From an uncultured archaeon (lineage in GTDB: Archaea > Iainarchaeota > Iainarchaeia > Iainarchaeales > Iainarchaeaceae), in the NCBI GenBank assembly GCA_964577555.1, contig CAZNZM010000003.1, positions 74,047-106,046 of the forward strand: a DNA stretch of 32,000 nucleotides. Direction: 5' to 3'. Positions 1-8,809 of the stretch are shown piece after piece. The translations under genes were made by a program, and so were the position numbers. The notes beneath the pieces were generated by a model. It saw only the letters and a program-made list of their open reading frames with translations, was not told the DNA's origin and did no database searches. Numbering within the stretch: the stretch's first letter is position 1; each line of letters starts with the position of its first letter.

Positions 1-346
1 CGTCAAGACAAGCCACTTTTTTGTCAATAAATGTTTTTACTCCGTAGATTGAAATAGGCGGAACTCCGCCGACTTCATAACCAGTGATTTTTAGAACTTC
101 TGATGGCGTGGCAAGGCGAACGTCTGTTACATTTAAAAGTTTTTTAATTTTTGCGAAATCTATTTTGTTTTTGCCGAGCAAAATAACCAACAAAGGCTCG
201 GATTTTGAGTCTATAAGAAGTATTGATTTGGCAACAGGCAGTTTTGAGGATATAAAATTAGATGCTTGTTCGAAACTCCCGGCTTTTCCCGGCACAAAAA
301 ATATTTTGGCTGACAACTTATTAACTTCAATGAAATCTTCAAGCAT
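1..346 (-). CDS. YbaK/ProX-like aminoacyl-tRNA deacylase domain protein (partial, 3' end beyond window)
   Basis: My reverse-complement translation from ATG at 346: MLEDFIEVNKLSAKIFFVPGKAGSFEQASN..IDSKSEPLLVILLGKNKIDFAKIKKLLNVTDVRLATPSEVLKITGYEVGGVPPISIYGVKTFIDKKV. It is open to the window edge. The LATPSEVLKITGYEVGGVPP block is typical of the YbaK/EbsC family. The + strand ORF 84..350 is its shadow. Confidence 0.8.
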   Translation of the reverse strand, partial: MLEDFIEVNKLSAKIFFVPGKAGSFEQASNFISSKLPVAKSILLIDSKSEPLLVILLGKNKIDFAKIKKLLNVTDVRLATPSEVLKITGYEVGGVPPISIYGVKTFIDKKVACLD

Positions 347-429
347 GTGAAAACCTTTATTGAAATTTCTATGAAAGAAAATATAAATCTGATATTAAAA
401 TTTTCAATTTTTTTTATATTTTTGTCAGA

Positions 430-770
430 CGTTTTTTTTGCTAGGCGTTTTTTTTGTCATTTTTCTTTTTTTTTAATTCTTTTTTTTTGCGAGCCAGTTT
501 TTTGTTATTTTTTTGTTCTATTTTTTTTGGCTTTGTTATGATTGTTGTTTTTTTTTGTTTTTGCGAGCCTTTTTTTTAGTTTTTTTTGAATTGTTTTTTT
601 ATTTAAAATAAATTTTTTTTGTGGCTTGGTTTTTTTTGGTAATTATTTGTAACTATTTTTTTAATTTGTTTTTTTTGAGCCAGTTTTTTTTACAATTTTT
701 TTCATGATTTTTTTGAACGTTTTTTTAATTTTTTTTGTGATTTTGTTTTTTTTATTTTTTGGCTTCTTTT
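430..770. other. T-rich (+ strand) intergenic tract with GCGAGCC-like cores
   Basis: Contains gcgagccagtttttt (489), gcgagccttttttttt (563) and gagccagttttttt (677) within T runs. Confidence 0.8.
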
Positions 771-1915
771 TGTAGGGTTTCAACCATGTCGGTTTTTTCC
801 CATGTGAATTCAGGTTCGTTCCTGCCAAAGTGTCCATACGCTGAAGTTTTGCGATAAATTGGCCTTTTAAGATCTAATTTTTTTATTATTTCAGCCGGTC
901 TGAAGTCAAAAATTTTTTTTATTATTTCTTCAAGTTTTTCATCAGGCAATTTTCCTGTATTATAAGTATTGACATAGATTGAAACAGGTTTTGAAATGCC
1001 TATTGCGTATGCTATTTGGATTTCGCATTTTTCCGCAAGCCCTGCAGCTACAACATTTTTTGCAACGTATCTTGCGAAATACGCTGCGCTTCTGTCTACT
1101 TTACTTGGGTCTTTTCCGGAAAAAGAGCCCCCTCCATGGTGTCCTATTCCTCCGTATGTGTCTACTATGATTTTTCTTCCTGTTAATCCTGAATCTCCTA
1201 CTGGTCCGCCTATTACGAATCTTCCTGTCGGATTGATGTAATATTTTGTTTTTGAATCGATCCATGTTCCGCAAACAGGTTTTGCTATTTTTTCAATTAT
1301 TGTTTTTTCTATTTCATCATGTTCCACTTCTGGCGAGTGTTGAGTGCTTATGACAATAGCATCGATTCTTTTTGGCTTGCCGTCAACATATTCGACAGTT
1401 ACTTGGCTTTTTCCGTCTGGGCGCAGCCATTTTATTTCGTTTTTTTTTCTTGCTTCTGAAAGTCTTTTAGTGAGTTTGTGAGCCAAGTCTATTGGAAGAG
1501 GCATTAGTTCGGGGGTTTCGTTTGTTGCATAGCCGAACATCATTCCTTGGTCTCCTGCTCCTTGTTCCTTGTCAATGCCTGACCCTTCATTTACTCCCAA
1601 TGCTATATCGTGGCTTTGTTCTGAAAGAGAAATAAGAACGGAACATGCATCCGCATCAAAACCATATTCGGGTTTATTGTATCCTATTTCTCTTATGGTG
1701 TTTCTGACTACGTTTTGAATATCAACATAAGTATTGGTTGTTACTTCGCCAAATACGAGTATTAATCCTGTTTTGGTTGAAACTTCCACTGCTACTCTTG
1801 AATTAGGGTCTCCTGCTATCATTTTGTCAAGAATTGCATCTGCTATTTGGTCGCACATTTTATCAGGGTGTCCTTCTGTTACCGATTCCGAAGTGAAAAA
1901 ATATTTTCTTGCCAT
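752..1915 (-). CDS. metK: S-adenosylmethionine synthetase, bacterial-type
   Basis: 387 aa ORF with [38 protein letters not shown] and [19 protein letters not shown] motifs of classical bacterial/eukaryotic MetK. Confidence 0.97.
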   Translation of the reverse strand: MARKYFFTSESVTEGHPDKMCDQIADAILDKMIAGDPNSRVAVEVSTKTGLILVFGEVTTNTYVDIQNVVRNTIREIGYNKPEYGFDADACSVLISLSEQSHDIALGVNEGSGIDKEQGAGDQGMMFGYATNETPELMPLPIDLAHKLTKRLSEARKKNEIKWLRPDGKSQVTVEYVDGKPKRIDAIVISTQHSPEVEHDEIEKTIIEKIAKPVCGTWIDSKTKYYINPTGRFVIGGPVGDSGLTGRKIIVDTYGGIGHHGGGSFSGKDPSKVDRSAAYFARYVAKNVVAAGLAEKCEIQIAYAIGISKPVSIYVNTYNTGKLPDEKLEEIIKKIFDFRPAEIIKKLDLKRPIYRKTSAYGHFGRNEPEFTWEKTDMVETLQKEAKK

Positions 1916-2021
1916 TCAAACCTCTCCTACTTAAAAAGCTTTGAAAAAATAAAATCAATTCATTTAATAATATTTTCTGTATGTTTAATTCAAATATGAA
2001 TATTGTTTTTTTGGTGTTTGA

Positions 2022-2591
2022 ATGTTGCCTGAAATTTCGGAAATTAAATCTTTGAGGAAAAAAGCCAAAATGACGCAGGCTTTTATTGCTGAAAAGACCG
2101 GTGTGAGCCAGTCGCTTATTGCAAAGATAGAAGCTCAGAAAGTTATGCCTGCTTATGACAAAGCCAAAAAATTGTTTGATTTTTTTGAAAGTGTTGTCCC
2201 AAATCAAGAAAAAGTTGCTTCGGATTTTATGACAAGAAAAGTTGTTTCAGTAAAGCCTTATAACAATGTAAAAGAGGCTGTTAAAATAATGAAAAAATAT
2301 GCTGTTTCTCAATTACCAGTGATAGATGATGACAAAAATCTTGGGGTGGTGTCTGAAGAAAATTTGCTGAAAATAATTAATTCGGACAAGGATATGGATG
2401 CCGCTAAAAACATGCTTGTTCAGGATGTGATGTCCGAAGCCATGCCGATTGTGCAAAAAAACACGCCATATCATGTTCTTTCAAGCCTTTTGGAATATAA
2501 TAAAGGTGTTTTGGTCGGGGAGAAAGGGCGTATTATAGGGATTATAACAAAATCTGATTTGTTGAATGCGGTTATTGAAAAAACAATGTAA
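2022..2591 (+). CDS. HTH (XRE-like) plus tandem CBS domain transcriptional regulator
   Basis: N-terminal helix-turn-helix (LRKKAKMTQAFIAEKTGVSQSLIAKIEAQKVMPAYDKAKKL) followed by two CBS-like units (VVSVKPYNNVKEAVKIMKKYAVSQLPVIDDDKNLGVVSEENLL ... KNTPYHVLSSLLEYNKGVLVGEKGRIIGIITKSDLL). Confidence 0.9.
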   Translation: MLPEISEIKSLRKKAKMTQAFIAEKTGVSQSLIAKIEAQKVMPAYDKAKKLFDFFESVVPNQEKVASDFMTRKVVSVKPYNNVKEAVKIMKKYAVSQLPVIDDDKNLGVVSEENLLKIINSDKDMDAAKNMLVQDVMSEAMPIVQKNTPYHVLSSLLEYNKGVLVGEKGRIIGIITKSDLLNAVIEKTM

Positions 2592-2653
2592 ATATAATTT
2601 AATAGAGAAATAATAATTTTTGTTTTGCAATATGTTGAATTAGAGGTATTTTT

Positions 2654-4150
2654 ATGAAAGTATTAATAATAGGGGCTGGTGTGGGCGGCATGGCAACTGC
2701 CTGCAGGCTTGCGCGTCTTGGATGTGAAGTAGAGATATATGAAAAAAAAGAAAAGGTTGGTGGAAGGCTTTCGAATTTTGAAAAATCAAATTTTCGGGTT
2801 GATGCTGGGCCTACTTTGCTTTTGATGCCTTGGGTGTTGCGCAGAGTGTTTACAGACCTTGGTAAAAAAATAAATGACTATTTGGAGTTAACCAAACTCC
2901 ATCCGGTATACAAAATATATTTTGAAGATGGCATGGTGATTTCTCCTTATTCTGAAAAGCAAAAGATGTTTGATGAAATCTCTAAATTTTCAAAAAAAGA
3001 CGCAGAAGGATATTTGCGCTATCTTGCTGACTATAAAAAGTATTATGAAATTGCTTTGAAAGAATTTATTGAAAAGAATTTTAATTCTCCGTTGGATATG
3101 CTTACTCCAAAAGGCATAATTTCTTTGATCTCTGGCGGAGCTTTGCGTGATTTATATTCAAAGACTGGCGACTACTTTTCTGATCCGCGGGTTCGCATAG
3201 TTTTTTCTCTTCAGTCAGTATATATTGGCGCGGCGCCTACTAAACTTCCAGCGGTTTACGGATTAATACCTTACGTAGAATTTACTGAAGGAGTTTGGTA
3301 TCCAAAAGGCGGGCTTTATTCGATAGCTGAAACTTTGGCATTGTTATGCAAGGAATTTGGAGTTAAGATACATACTAAAAAACCTGTAAAAAAAATAATT
3401 GTGGAGAATAGCGTTGCAAAAGGGTTACAGCTTGAAGATGGAAAAATAGTCCTTGCTGATGCTATAATTTCAAATGCAGATTTGCCTTATACTTATCTTC
3501 ATCTTTTGGATGAAGAAGATCGTTTACATATGCCTGATTCAAAAGTAAAGTCGCTGAAAACTTCTTGCTCCGCATTTATGATGTATTTGGGGTTAAAAGG
3601 CAAAGTAGATTTGGCGCATCATTCTTTTATTTTGCCAAATGATTACTTGAAAACATTTGAGGATATATTTGAAAGAAAAGTAATGCCAAAAAAACCAGGG
3701 ATTTATGTGGCCAATCCATGTTCACACGACAAGACATTGGCTCCACGCGACAAAAGCATTATTTATGTATTGGTTCCTGTTCCTAATTTGCTGTCGGGGA
3801 TTGATTGGAAAATAGAGGCTCCAAGGCTTCGTAAGCAAATTATTCAAAAGCTTGAAAGTATTGGCGTAAAAGATTTAGAAAAGCGTATTGTTATGGAAAA
3901 GATATTTACCCCTTTGGATTGGAGGGACTCTTTTGGGCTTGAAAATGGAGCTACTTTTGGCCTTTCACCGGGACTTTTCCAGTCTGCGGCGTTTCGGCCT
4001 TCCAATAAAGACAAGAAAATAAAAGGACTTTATTTTGTCGGTGCCAGTACACATCCAGGTAGTGGCATTCCTATAGTTCTTTTATCAGCAGAGTTGATGG
4101 AAAAAAGATTCAAAGAAGATTTTGGGTTGAAAAATAAAGGAGATGAATGA
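2654..4150 (+). CDS. crtI: Phytoene desaturase
   Basis: 498 aa. N-terminal dinucleotide-binding motif VLIIGAGVGGMATACRLARLGCEVEIYEKKEKVGGR and C-terminal GLYFVGASTHPGSGIPIVLLSAELMEKR typical of CrtI. Confidence 0.95.
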   Translation: MKVLIIGAGVGGMATACRLARLGCEVEIYEKKEKVGGRLSNFEKSNFRVDAGPTLLLMPWVLRRVFTDLGKKINDYLELTKLHPVYKIYFEDGMVISPYSEKQKMFDEISKFSKKDAEGYLRYLADYKKYYEIALKEFIEKNFNSPLDMLTPKGIISLISGGALRDLYSKTGDYFSDPRVRIVFSLQSVYIGAAPTKLPAVYGLIPYVEFTEGVWYPKGGLYSIAETLALLCKEFGVKIHTKKPVKKIIVENSVAKGLQLEDGKIVLADAIISNADLPYTYLHLLDEEDRLHMPDSKVKSLKTSCSAFMMYLGLKGKVDLAHHSFILPNDYLKTFEDIFERKVMPKKPGIYVANPCSHDKTLAPRDKSIIYVLVPVPNLLSGIDWKIEAPRLRKQIIQKLESIGVKDLEKRIVMEKIFTPLDWRDSFGLENGATFGLSPGLFQSAAFRPSNKDKKIKGLYFVGASTHPGSGIPIVLLSAELMEKRFKEDFGLKNKGDE

Positions 4151-4156
4151 TTTGAA

Positions 4157-4465
4157 ATGTGGTTTTATTATTCCGCTTATCTTGTTCTGGTTTTTTTTTC
4201 TTCTGTTTTGATCTCAAAAGTAGCTTGCTTGGAAATCAGTACTAAAAGATTTTTAAGAGCGCTTTTTCCTGTTTTTGTTATTTTTGTTCTTTGGGATGTA
4301 GTGGCTGTTGAGCGTGGGCATTGGAAATTCGGTTTACAATATATGACTGGAATTGTAATATGGAATCAGCCTTTGGAAGAATTATTTTTTTTTGTAGTAA
4401 TTCCTTATTTTTATGTTGTGATATGGGAAGTGGTTAAAAGAAATTTATTTGGCGTAAAGAGTTGA
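4157..4465 (+). CDS. crtYc: Lycopene cyclase domain, CrtYc-like
   Basis: 102 aa membrane protein with a WNQPLEELFFFVVIPY motif (PLEE type). It lies immediately downstream of crtI and upstream of a second cyclase-domain ORF. Confidence 0.8.
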   Translation: MWFYYSAYLVLVFFSSVLISKVACLEISTKRFLRALFPVFVIFVLWDVVAVERGHWKFGLQYMTGIVIWNQPLEELFFFVVIPYFYVVIWEVVKRNLFGVKS

Positions 4466-4749
4466 TTTTTATGGAATACACTGTTTTTTCTTTTGTTTCT
4501 GTTTTGATTTTCTTTTATATTTGTTTGATGGTTAAGCTTCCTGCAAAGTTGCTTCTCATTGCAGGTTTTATTGTTGTTTTTTTTCAACTTATTTTTGATA
4601 ATATTATGACTGCTGTAGGTCTTTGGGTTTTTGACTTTTCGCATACAATTGGTTTAGCAGTTCCTTTTATTCCTGTTGAAAACCTTGTTTTCGGGCTTGC
4701 TTTGATGCTGGCTACAATAAGTTCTTGGGAAGCTAATAAGAATATTTAA
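4462..4749 (+). CDS. crtYd: Lycopene cyclase domain, CrtYd-like
   Basis: 95 aa membrane protein with an IPVENLVFGLALML motif. It is TTG-initiated at 4462, overlapping the previous stop; an internal ATG at 4471 is an alternative start. Confidence 0.8.
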   Translation: MIFMEYTVFSFVSVLIFFYICLMVKLPAKLLLIAGFIVVFFQLIFDNIMTAVGLWVFDFSHTIGLAVPFIPVENLVFGLALMLATISSWEANKNI

Positions 4750-4754
4750 AAAAT

Positions 4755-5651
4755 CTAAGTTAAAGAATCAGAAATTTCAGGCTGACTAAAAACTTCAAAT
4801 TTTGACTTTTCCACAAAATCTAAAATTCTGGAATATGTGCTGGCGGACATTGCTATTGCAAGTTGTAAATCTTTTGGAATGAGTGATATTCCTGAAAGAG
4901 AGAGGTGGTAATAATGGCGTGCTCTTTGGCATTGCAATGCAATTAGTTTTCGAAAAGAATCTTTCTTGTTTTCAGGCATATTTGGTTTTATGTGTGAAGG
5001 TGAAAGATTGTGGGCTTTGAGATCTTCAATGGGTAAGTATACTCTGCCAATCATGCTGTCTTCGGCAATGTCGCGTATTATGTTAGTTAGTTGCATTGCT
5101 ATTCCAAGATAAATTGCATGTTGTTTTGCTTTTTGTGAATTTACATCCATTACTTTAAGTAGCATAATCCCTACAATTGAAGCAACCGAATAACAATAAT
5201 CGCGCAATTCTTTGAAATTAAGCATGTTTTTATGATATATATCTGAAGATACTCCTCGTATTAAAGTTAAAGGATATGATTTAGGGATTCCGTATTTTAT
5301 GGCTGTTTCAACAAAAGCTCTTATTATTGGGTCATTACTGTATGCGCCTTTATAGGAAAATAGTAATTCTTTTTTCCATTTAGCCATATTTTCAAGTCGC
5401 ACATTTGGCGGATCGTTGCCTTCATCTGCAATGTCATCGGTTTTTCTGCAGAAGGCATAAACCGCCCAAAAAGCTTTTTCCTTGTCTTTTGGGAGTACTT
5501 TTGATGAAAAAAAGAAAGTTTTAGATTTCTTTTTTAATATTGACTTGCAGTGATGGAAATCTGAATCTGTTGCATGTGTTTCAATTGTTTGCTTTTTGGC
5601 ATTTTCTTTTTTTATTTTTAATTCCAGCTCGTTGTTTTTTTGATTTTTCAT
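4755..5651 (-). CDS. crtB: Phytoene/squalene synthase family protein, likely phytoene synthase
   Basis: 298 aa with AFCRKTDDIADE (first Asp-rich motif) and GIAMQLTNIIRDIAEDSMIGRVYLP (second Asp-rich motif). It is convergent with crtI-crtYc-crtYd. Confidence 0.93.
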   Translation of the reverse strand: MKNQKNNELELKIKKENAKKQTIETHATDSDFHHCKSILKKKSKTFFFSSKVLPKDKEKAFWAVYAFCRKTDDIADEGNDPPNVRLENMAKWKKELLFSYKGAYSNDPIIRAFVETAIKYGIPKSYPLTLIRGVSSDIYHKNMLNFKELRDYCYSVASIVGIMLLKVMDVNSQKAKQHAIYLGIAMQLTNIIRDIAEDSMIGRVYLPIEDLKAHNLSPSHIKPNMPENKKDSFRKLIALQCQRARHYYHLSLSGISLIPKDLQLAIAMSASTYSRILDFVEKSKFEVFSQPEISDSLT

Positions 5652-5903
5652 GGTTTCACCAATTTTATAAAATCGGACAAACTTTCACTATCTAAAATTA
5701 TGTATTTTTAGCAACCGTGGCCTTTATAAATTACTTTAAATATCTGATTTTTTTTTGCAGGTTATCTAAAATTTAAAGAGTTTTTTTTATATTTGTTTTC
5801 GGTTGTTTAGATATTGTTTTCCAAAAATTGAAAATTAAACAGTAAAAATTTATAAAAAGCAGGGCTTTTAAGCGCTTTTTTTTAGCAGAATCTAAAAAAA
5901 ACA

Positions 5904-5917
5904 ATATATTTAAATAT
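5904..5917 (+). promoter_or_regulatory. TATA-like archaeal promoter element upstream of the first surface-protein operon
   Basis: atatatttaaatat about 45 nt upstream of the start codon, followed by a Shine-Dalgarno-like GGTGGGGG directly before ATG 5963. Confidence 0.4.
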
Positions 5918-5962
5918 GTAGAATATCACTATTTAATAGTAATGAATTAATAGGTGGGGGTA

Positions 5963-8755
5963 ATGGAAAAGAAGTCACTTTTTACGGTAATTGCATTTAT
6001 AATTTTTGGAGCGATTTTTAGCTCTAATAGTTTTGCAACAGTCAATAATCCTCCAACAATTTCTGGGCTTGAAACTGTAATAACTCTAATAAATGGCGGA
6101 CAAGAACTAGGGATTTTTGACTTGTATGAACTTGCTTCTGATGTGGAAGACGCTGATTCTGATTTGATTTTTGCTATTTTATCTCAAACAAACCAGAGTC
6201 TGGTTAATTGCTATATTGACACTAATAGATATGTTAGTTGTGATGCCCCTGCAAGGAATCGTGTAGGAAAAAACACTGTCACAATATCTGTAACAGATAG
6301 TGATGGTGCAACGGTATCTGATTGGTTTGATTATTACGTGTTAGGCGTGCCGGAAAACAATAATCCTCCTGTGTTGGCAGGCATACCTGATTTTCAATTT
6401 CCAGTAAACACAGGTTCAAAGCCGAATCTTGTTGACCTTTGGAGTTATGCTGCAGACGTTGAAGATAGCGATGGCAATCTGACTTTTACAATATTGCAAC
6501 AAACAAATTTTGAATTAATGCCGTGTATAATTAATTCTAATAGATATGTGTCGTGCAATCAGCCTGCCAGAAATCAGTCAGGCACAAACACAATCACAAT
6601 ATTGGTCAGGGATAGGAATGATGAATATTCCAGCGATACTTTTGAAATAAGAATAACAAGTAACAATAGCGACAATGCTAATGCCCCAATAATATCCAAC
6701 CTTCCAAACATAAATATTAGAGAAAATTCAGGAAGCAGGGATAGGCTAGTGAATTTGTTTGATTATGTCAGCGACTCGCAAAACACTGATGAACAACTCA
6801 GGTATGAATTAATTAATCAAACCAATCAAAACCTGATAAACTGTTTTATACAATCAAACCAATACATTAGTTGTGATTCTCCAAGACCGAATCAAACAGG
6901 AATAAACACGTTGACTATCAAAGTAACAAATACCAACAATCAATTTGCCACTGCAACACTTGCAGTTTATGTAAATCCTTATACAGGTAACAGAACGCCG
7001 CCTTCAATTTCAGGTTTGGGAACATATGAAATACAAGAAAATTCTTCGGCACAAAATAGAATAATAGATTTGTATCGTTATTCAAGAGACAACGAAGACA
7101 GCGTTTCCCAACTAACTTATAGAATAGTCAGCCAAAGCAACACAAATCTGATTTATTGTAGAATAACCGACAACAGGTATGTAAGTTGTGATGCCCCAAG
7201 GTCAAATTCAAGAGGCACAAGCACCTTATTGATTGAAGTGGAAGACCAAGATGGGCAAAAAGATGATGATATACTTACCATAGAAGTAACATCTGACGGC
7301 ATGGGAATTTGTTCAGACATAAGAATAATAACCGAAACAGTTTATATGAACGAAGATGACGTAGAAAATGTGACTTTCAAAATAATGAACAGGGGGCAAG
7401 CTGATTTTATTATTCAAGAAGTCCAAACAAGCGATGACAGCCAATACATGAGAATAACCGATACGCAATATGATGACATAGTTGAAGCCGACGACGAAAT
7501 TGATTTGGATTTGGAAATAGAAACCGAGAGATCTACAATTAGCAGGGACGCTATAGGCTATATACAAATAAGTGGCAGGTTTGATAATGGGGCTACTTGT
7601 TCGTTCAATGACATAGGACAAGCAAGTTTCAGGGTAAGAATTAATTCTGGATCAAGCAACAGTTCAAGTGCGTGTTCAGACATAGAACTTGAAGTTATGG
7701 ATGTGGAAATACCTGAAAACAGGGTAACTTCACAAGAATTCGTTATTTTTAACAATAGCACCAGAGACTTTGACATAACCAATGTAGAAGTAAGCGAATC
7801 AAGTTCATATTTTAGTGCAAACGTAATAGATGAACCAAGTTCGGTTGATTCCGATGAAAGCGAAAAAATAATAGTTTCATTTGACGCAAGGCAGGTTTCG
7901 GGCGATAGAACAGATACTGCAAGATTGAGGGTTTCAGGAAGGTTCAGCAATGGAAGAACATGTGTTCTCAGCAGCATAAGTGAATCATTTGATGTAACAA
8001 TCAAAGATTCGTCTTCAACAACGCCACAAGAAAACATGGATGCTGTCTTATTCAGCACAACACCACAATTAGTTGCATTAAAGGTTGGCGAATCAAAATC
8101 GGTTTTAATCAATATAATTAACAACACCGGCCTGAATCAGTGTTTTTCATTCAGCGCTTCAGGCAATAATGTGTTTTCCGCGGAAAGCACTAAAACGACT
8201 TTCTGCTTGCAGAATAATCAAAGCGATTCAATAATAGTAAAATTGATTGGAAAAAAACAAGGAAATGGAACCTTGCTGACAACACTTGCTTACGCTGACA
8301 AAATAAAGGAAAAGCCTGTTTTGGTTGAAGTGCAAGGAACTACAAGCCAGGCTGAACAAATTTTGATAAATATTTCAGCACCTGCTGAAATATCCGGAAG
8401 TGGAAAAATAACAATTCAAAATACCGGCAAATCCCTAAAAAATGTTAAAATAACGGCTTATAATCTTCCAGAAGGCGTACAAGCTCAATCATTAACAAAA
8501 AATGCTTTTGCAACAGGCGAAAAATTGGAGGTTGAAGTAAAAACAAATTTCAACGGCAAAGCCGAAGGTGTAATAAGAATTGAATCGGATGAGGGAATAA
8601 AAAATATTCCTGTTTCATTTGAATCAAAAGCGTCACAAACAAGCGCAGGAACCGGTTTGCTGAATTTGGCAGTAATGGCAGGAACAGGAATTGTTCTGTT
8701 GGTAATACTTGGGCTTGCAATATTGGGAATAATAAATGTAATAAGAAGAAATTAA
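5963..8755 (+). CDS. Large surface protein with four N-terminal Ig/cadherin-like repeats and C-terminal TM anchor
   Basis: The track ORF starts at GTG 5954, but ATG 5963 has a better placed SD (GGTGG). Signal peptide KKSLFTVIAFIIFGAIFSSNSFA, four ~100-aa repeats, and C-terminal TM MAGTGIVLLVILGLAILGIINVIRRN. Confidence 0.9.
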   Translation: MEKKSLFTVIAFIIFGAIFSSNSFATVNNPPTISGLETVITLINGGQELGIFDLYELASDVEDADSDLIFAILSQTNQSLVNCYIDTNRYVSCDAPARNRVGKNTVTISVTDSDGATVSDWFDYYVLGVPENNNPPVLAGIPDFQFPVNTGSKPNLVDLWSYAADVEDSDGNLTFTILQQTNFELMPCIINSNRYVSCNQPARNQSGTNTITILVRDRNDEYSSDTFEIRITSNNSDNANAPIISNLPNINIRENSGSRDRLVNLFDYVSDSQNTDEQLRYELINQTNQNLINCFIQSNQYISCDSPRPNQTGINTLTIKVTNTNNQFATATLAVYVNPYTGNRTPPSISGLGTYEIQENSSAQNRIIDLYRYSRDNEDSVSQLTYRIVSQSNTNLIYCRITDNRYVSCDAPRSNSRGTSTLLIEVEDQDGQKDDDILTIEVTSDGMGICSDIRIITETVYMNEDDVENVTFKIMNRGQADFIIQEVQTSDDSQYMRITDTQYDDIVEADDEIDLDLEIETERSTISRDAIGYIQISGRFDNGATCSFNDIGQASFRVRINSGSSNSSSACSDIELEVMDVEIPENRVTSQEFVIFNNSTRDFDITNVEVSESSSYFSANVIDEPSSVDSDESEKIIVSFDARQVSGDRTDTARLRVSGRFSNGRTCVLSSISESFDVTIKDSSSTTPQENMDAVLFSTTPQLVALKVGESKSVLINIINNTGLNQCFSFSASGNNVFSAESTKTTFCLQNNQSDSIIVKLIGKKQGNGTLLTTLAYADKIKEKPVLVEVQGTTSQAEQILINISAPAEISGSGKITIQNTGKSLKNVKITAYNLPEGVQAQSLTKNAFATGEKLEVEVKTNFNGKAEGVIRIESDEGIKNIPVSFESKASQTSAGTGLLNLAVMAGTGIVLLVILGLAILGIINVIRRN
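6041..7300 (+). repeat. Four tandem ~100-codon Ig/cadherin-like domain repeats with a Cys-x10-Cys pair
   Basis: Diagnostic blocks: VNCYIDTNRYVSCDAPARN; MPCIINSNRYVSCNQPARN; INCFIQSNQYISCDSPRPN; IYCRITDNRYVSCDAPRSN. Each is followed by G.NT.TI.V.D-like strands. Confidence 0.85.
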
Positions 8756-8809
8756 GGCGTAATTAAGGCGTTGATTAAAAATATTGAATCAAGTAATAAG
8801 TGATATTTT

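Noticed and set aside
84-541. + strand ORFs 84..350 and 347..541
   Set aside because: The first mirrors the YbaK-like minus-strand gene. The second is translated T-run low complexity (F/L-rich).
979-1934. + strand ORFs 979..1170, 996..1241 and 1734..1934
   Set aside because: They are antisense shadows of metK with no recognisable domains.
1863-2207. Minus-strand ORF 1863..2207
   Set aside because: It overlaps both the metK start and the well-supported HTH-CBS gene, and its protein is low-complexity Phe/Lys with no domain.
7313-8127. Minus-strand ORFs 7313..7621 and 7558..8127
   Set aside because: They are shadows of the large repeat-containing surface gene.
8748-8775. Short direct repeat aattaaggcgt/aattaaggcgt after the 5963 gene
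   Set aside because: There are only two copies of about 11 nt with no further structure, so it is probably a small local duplication.
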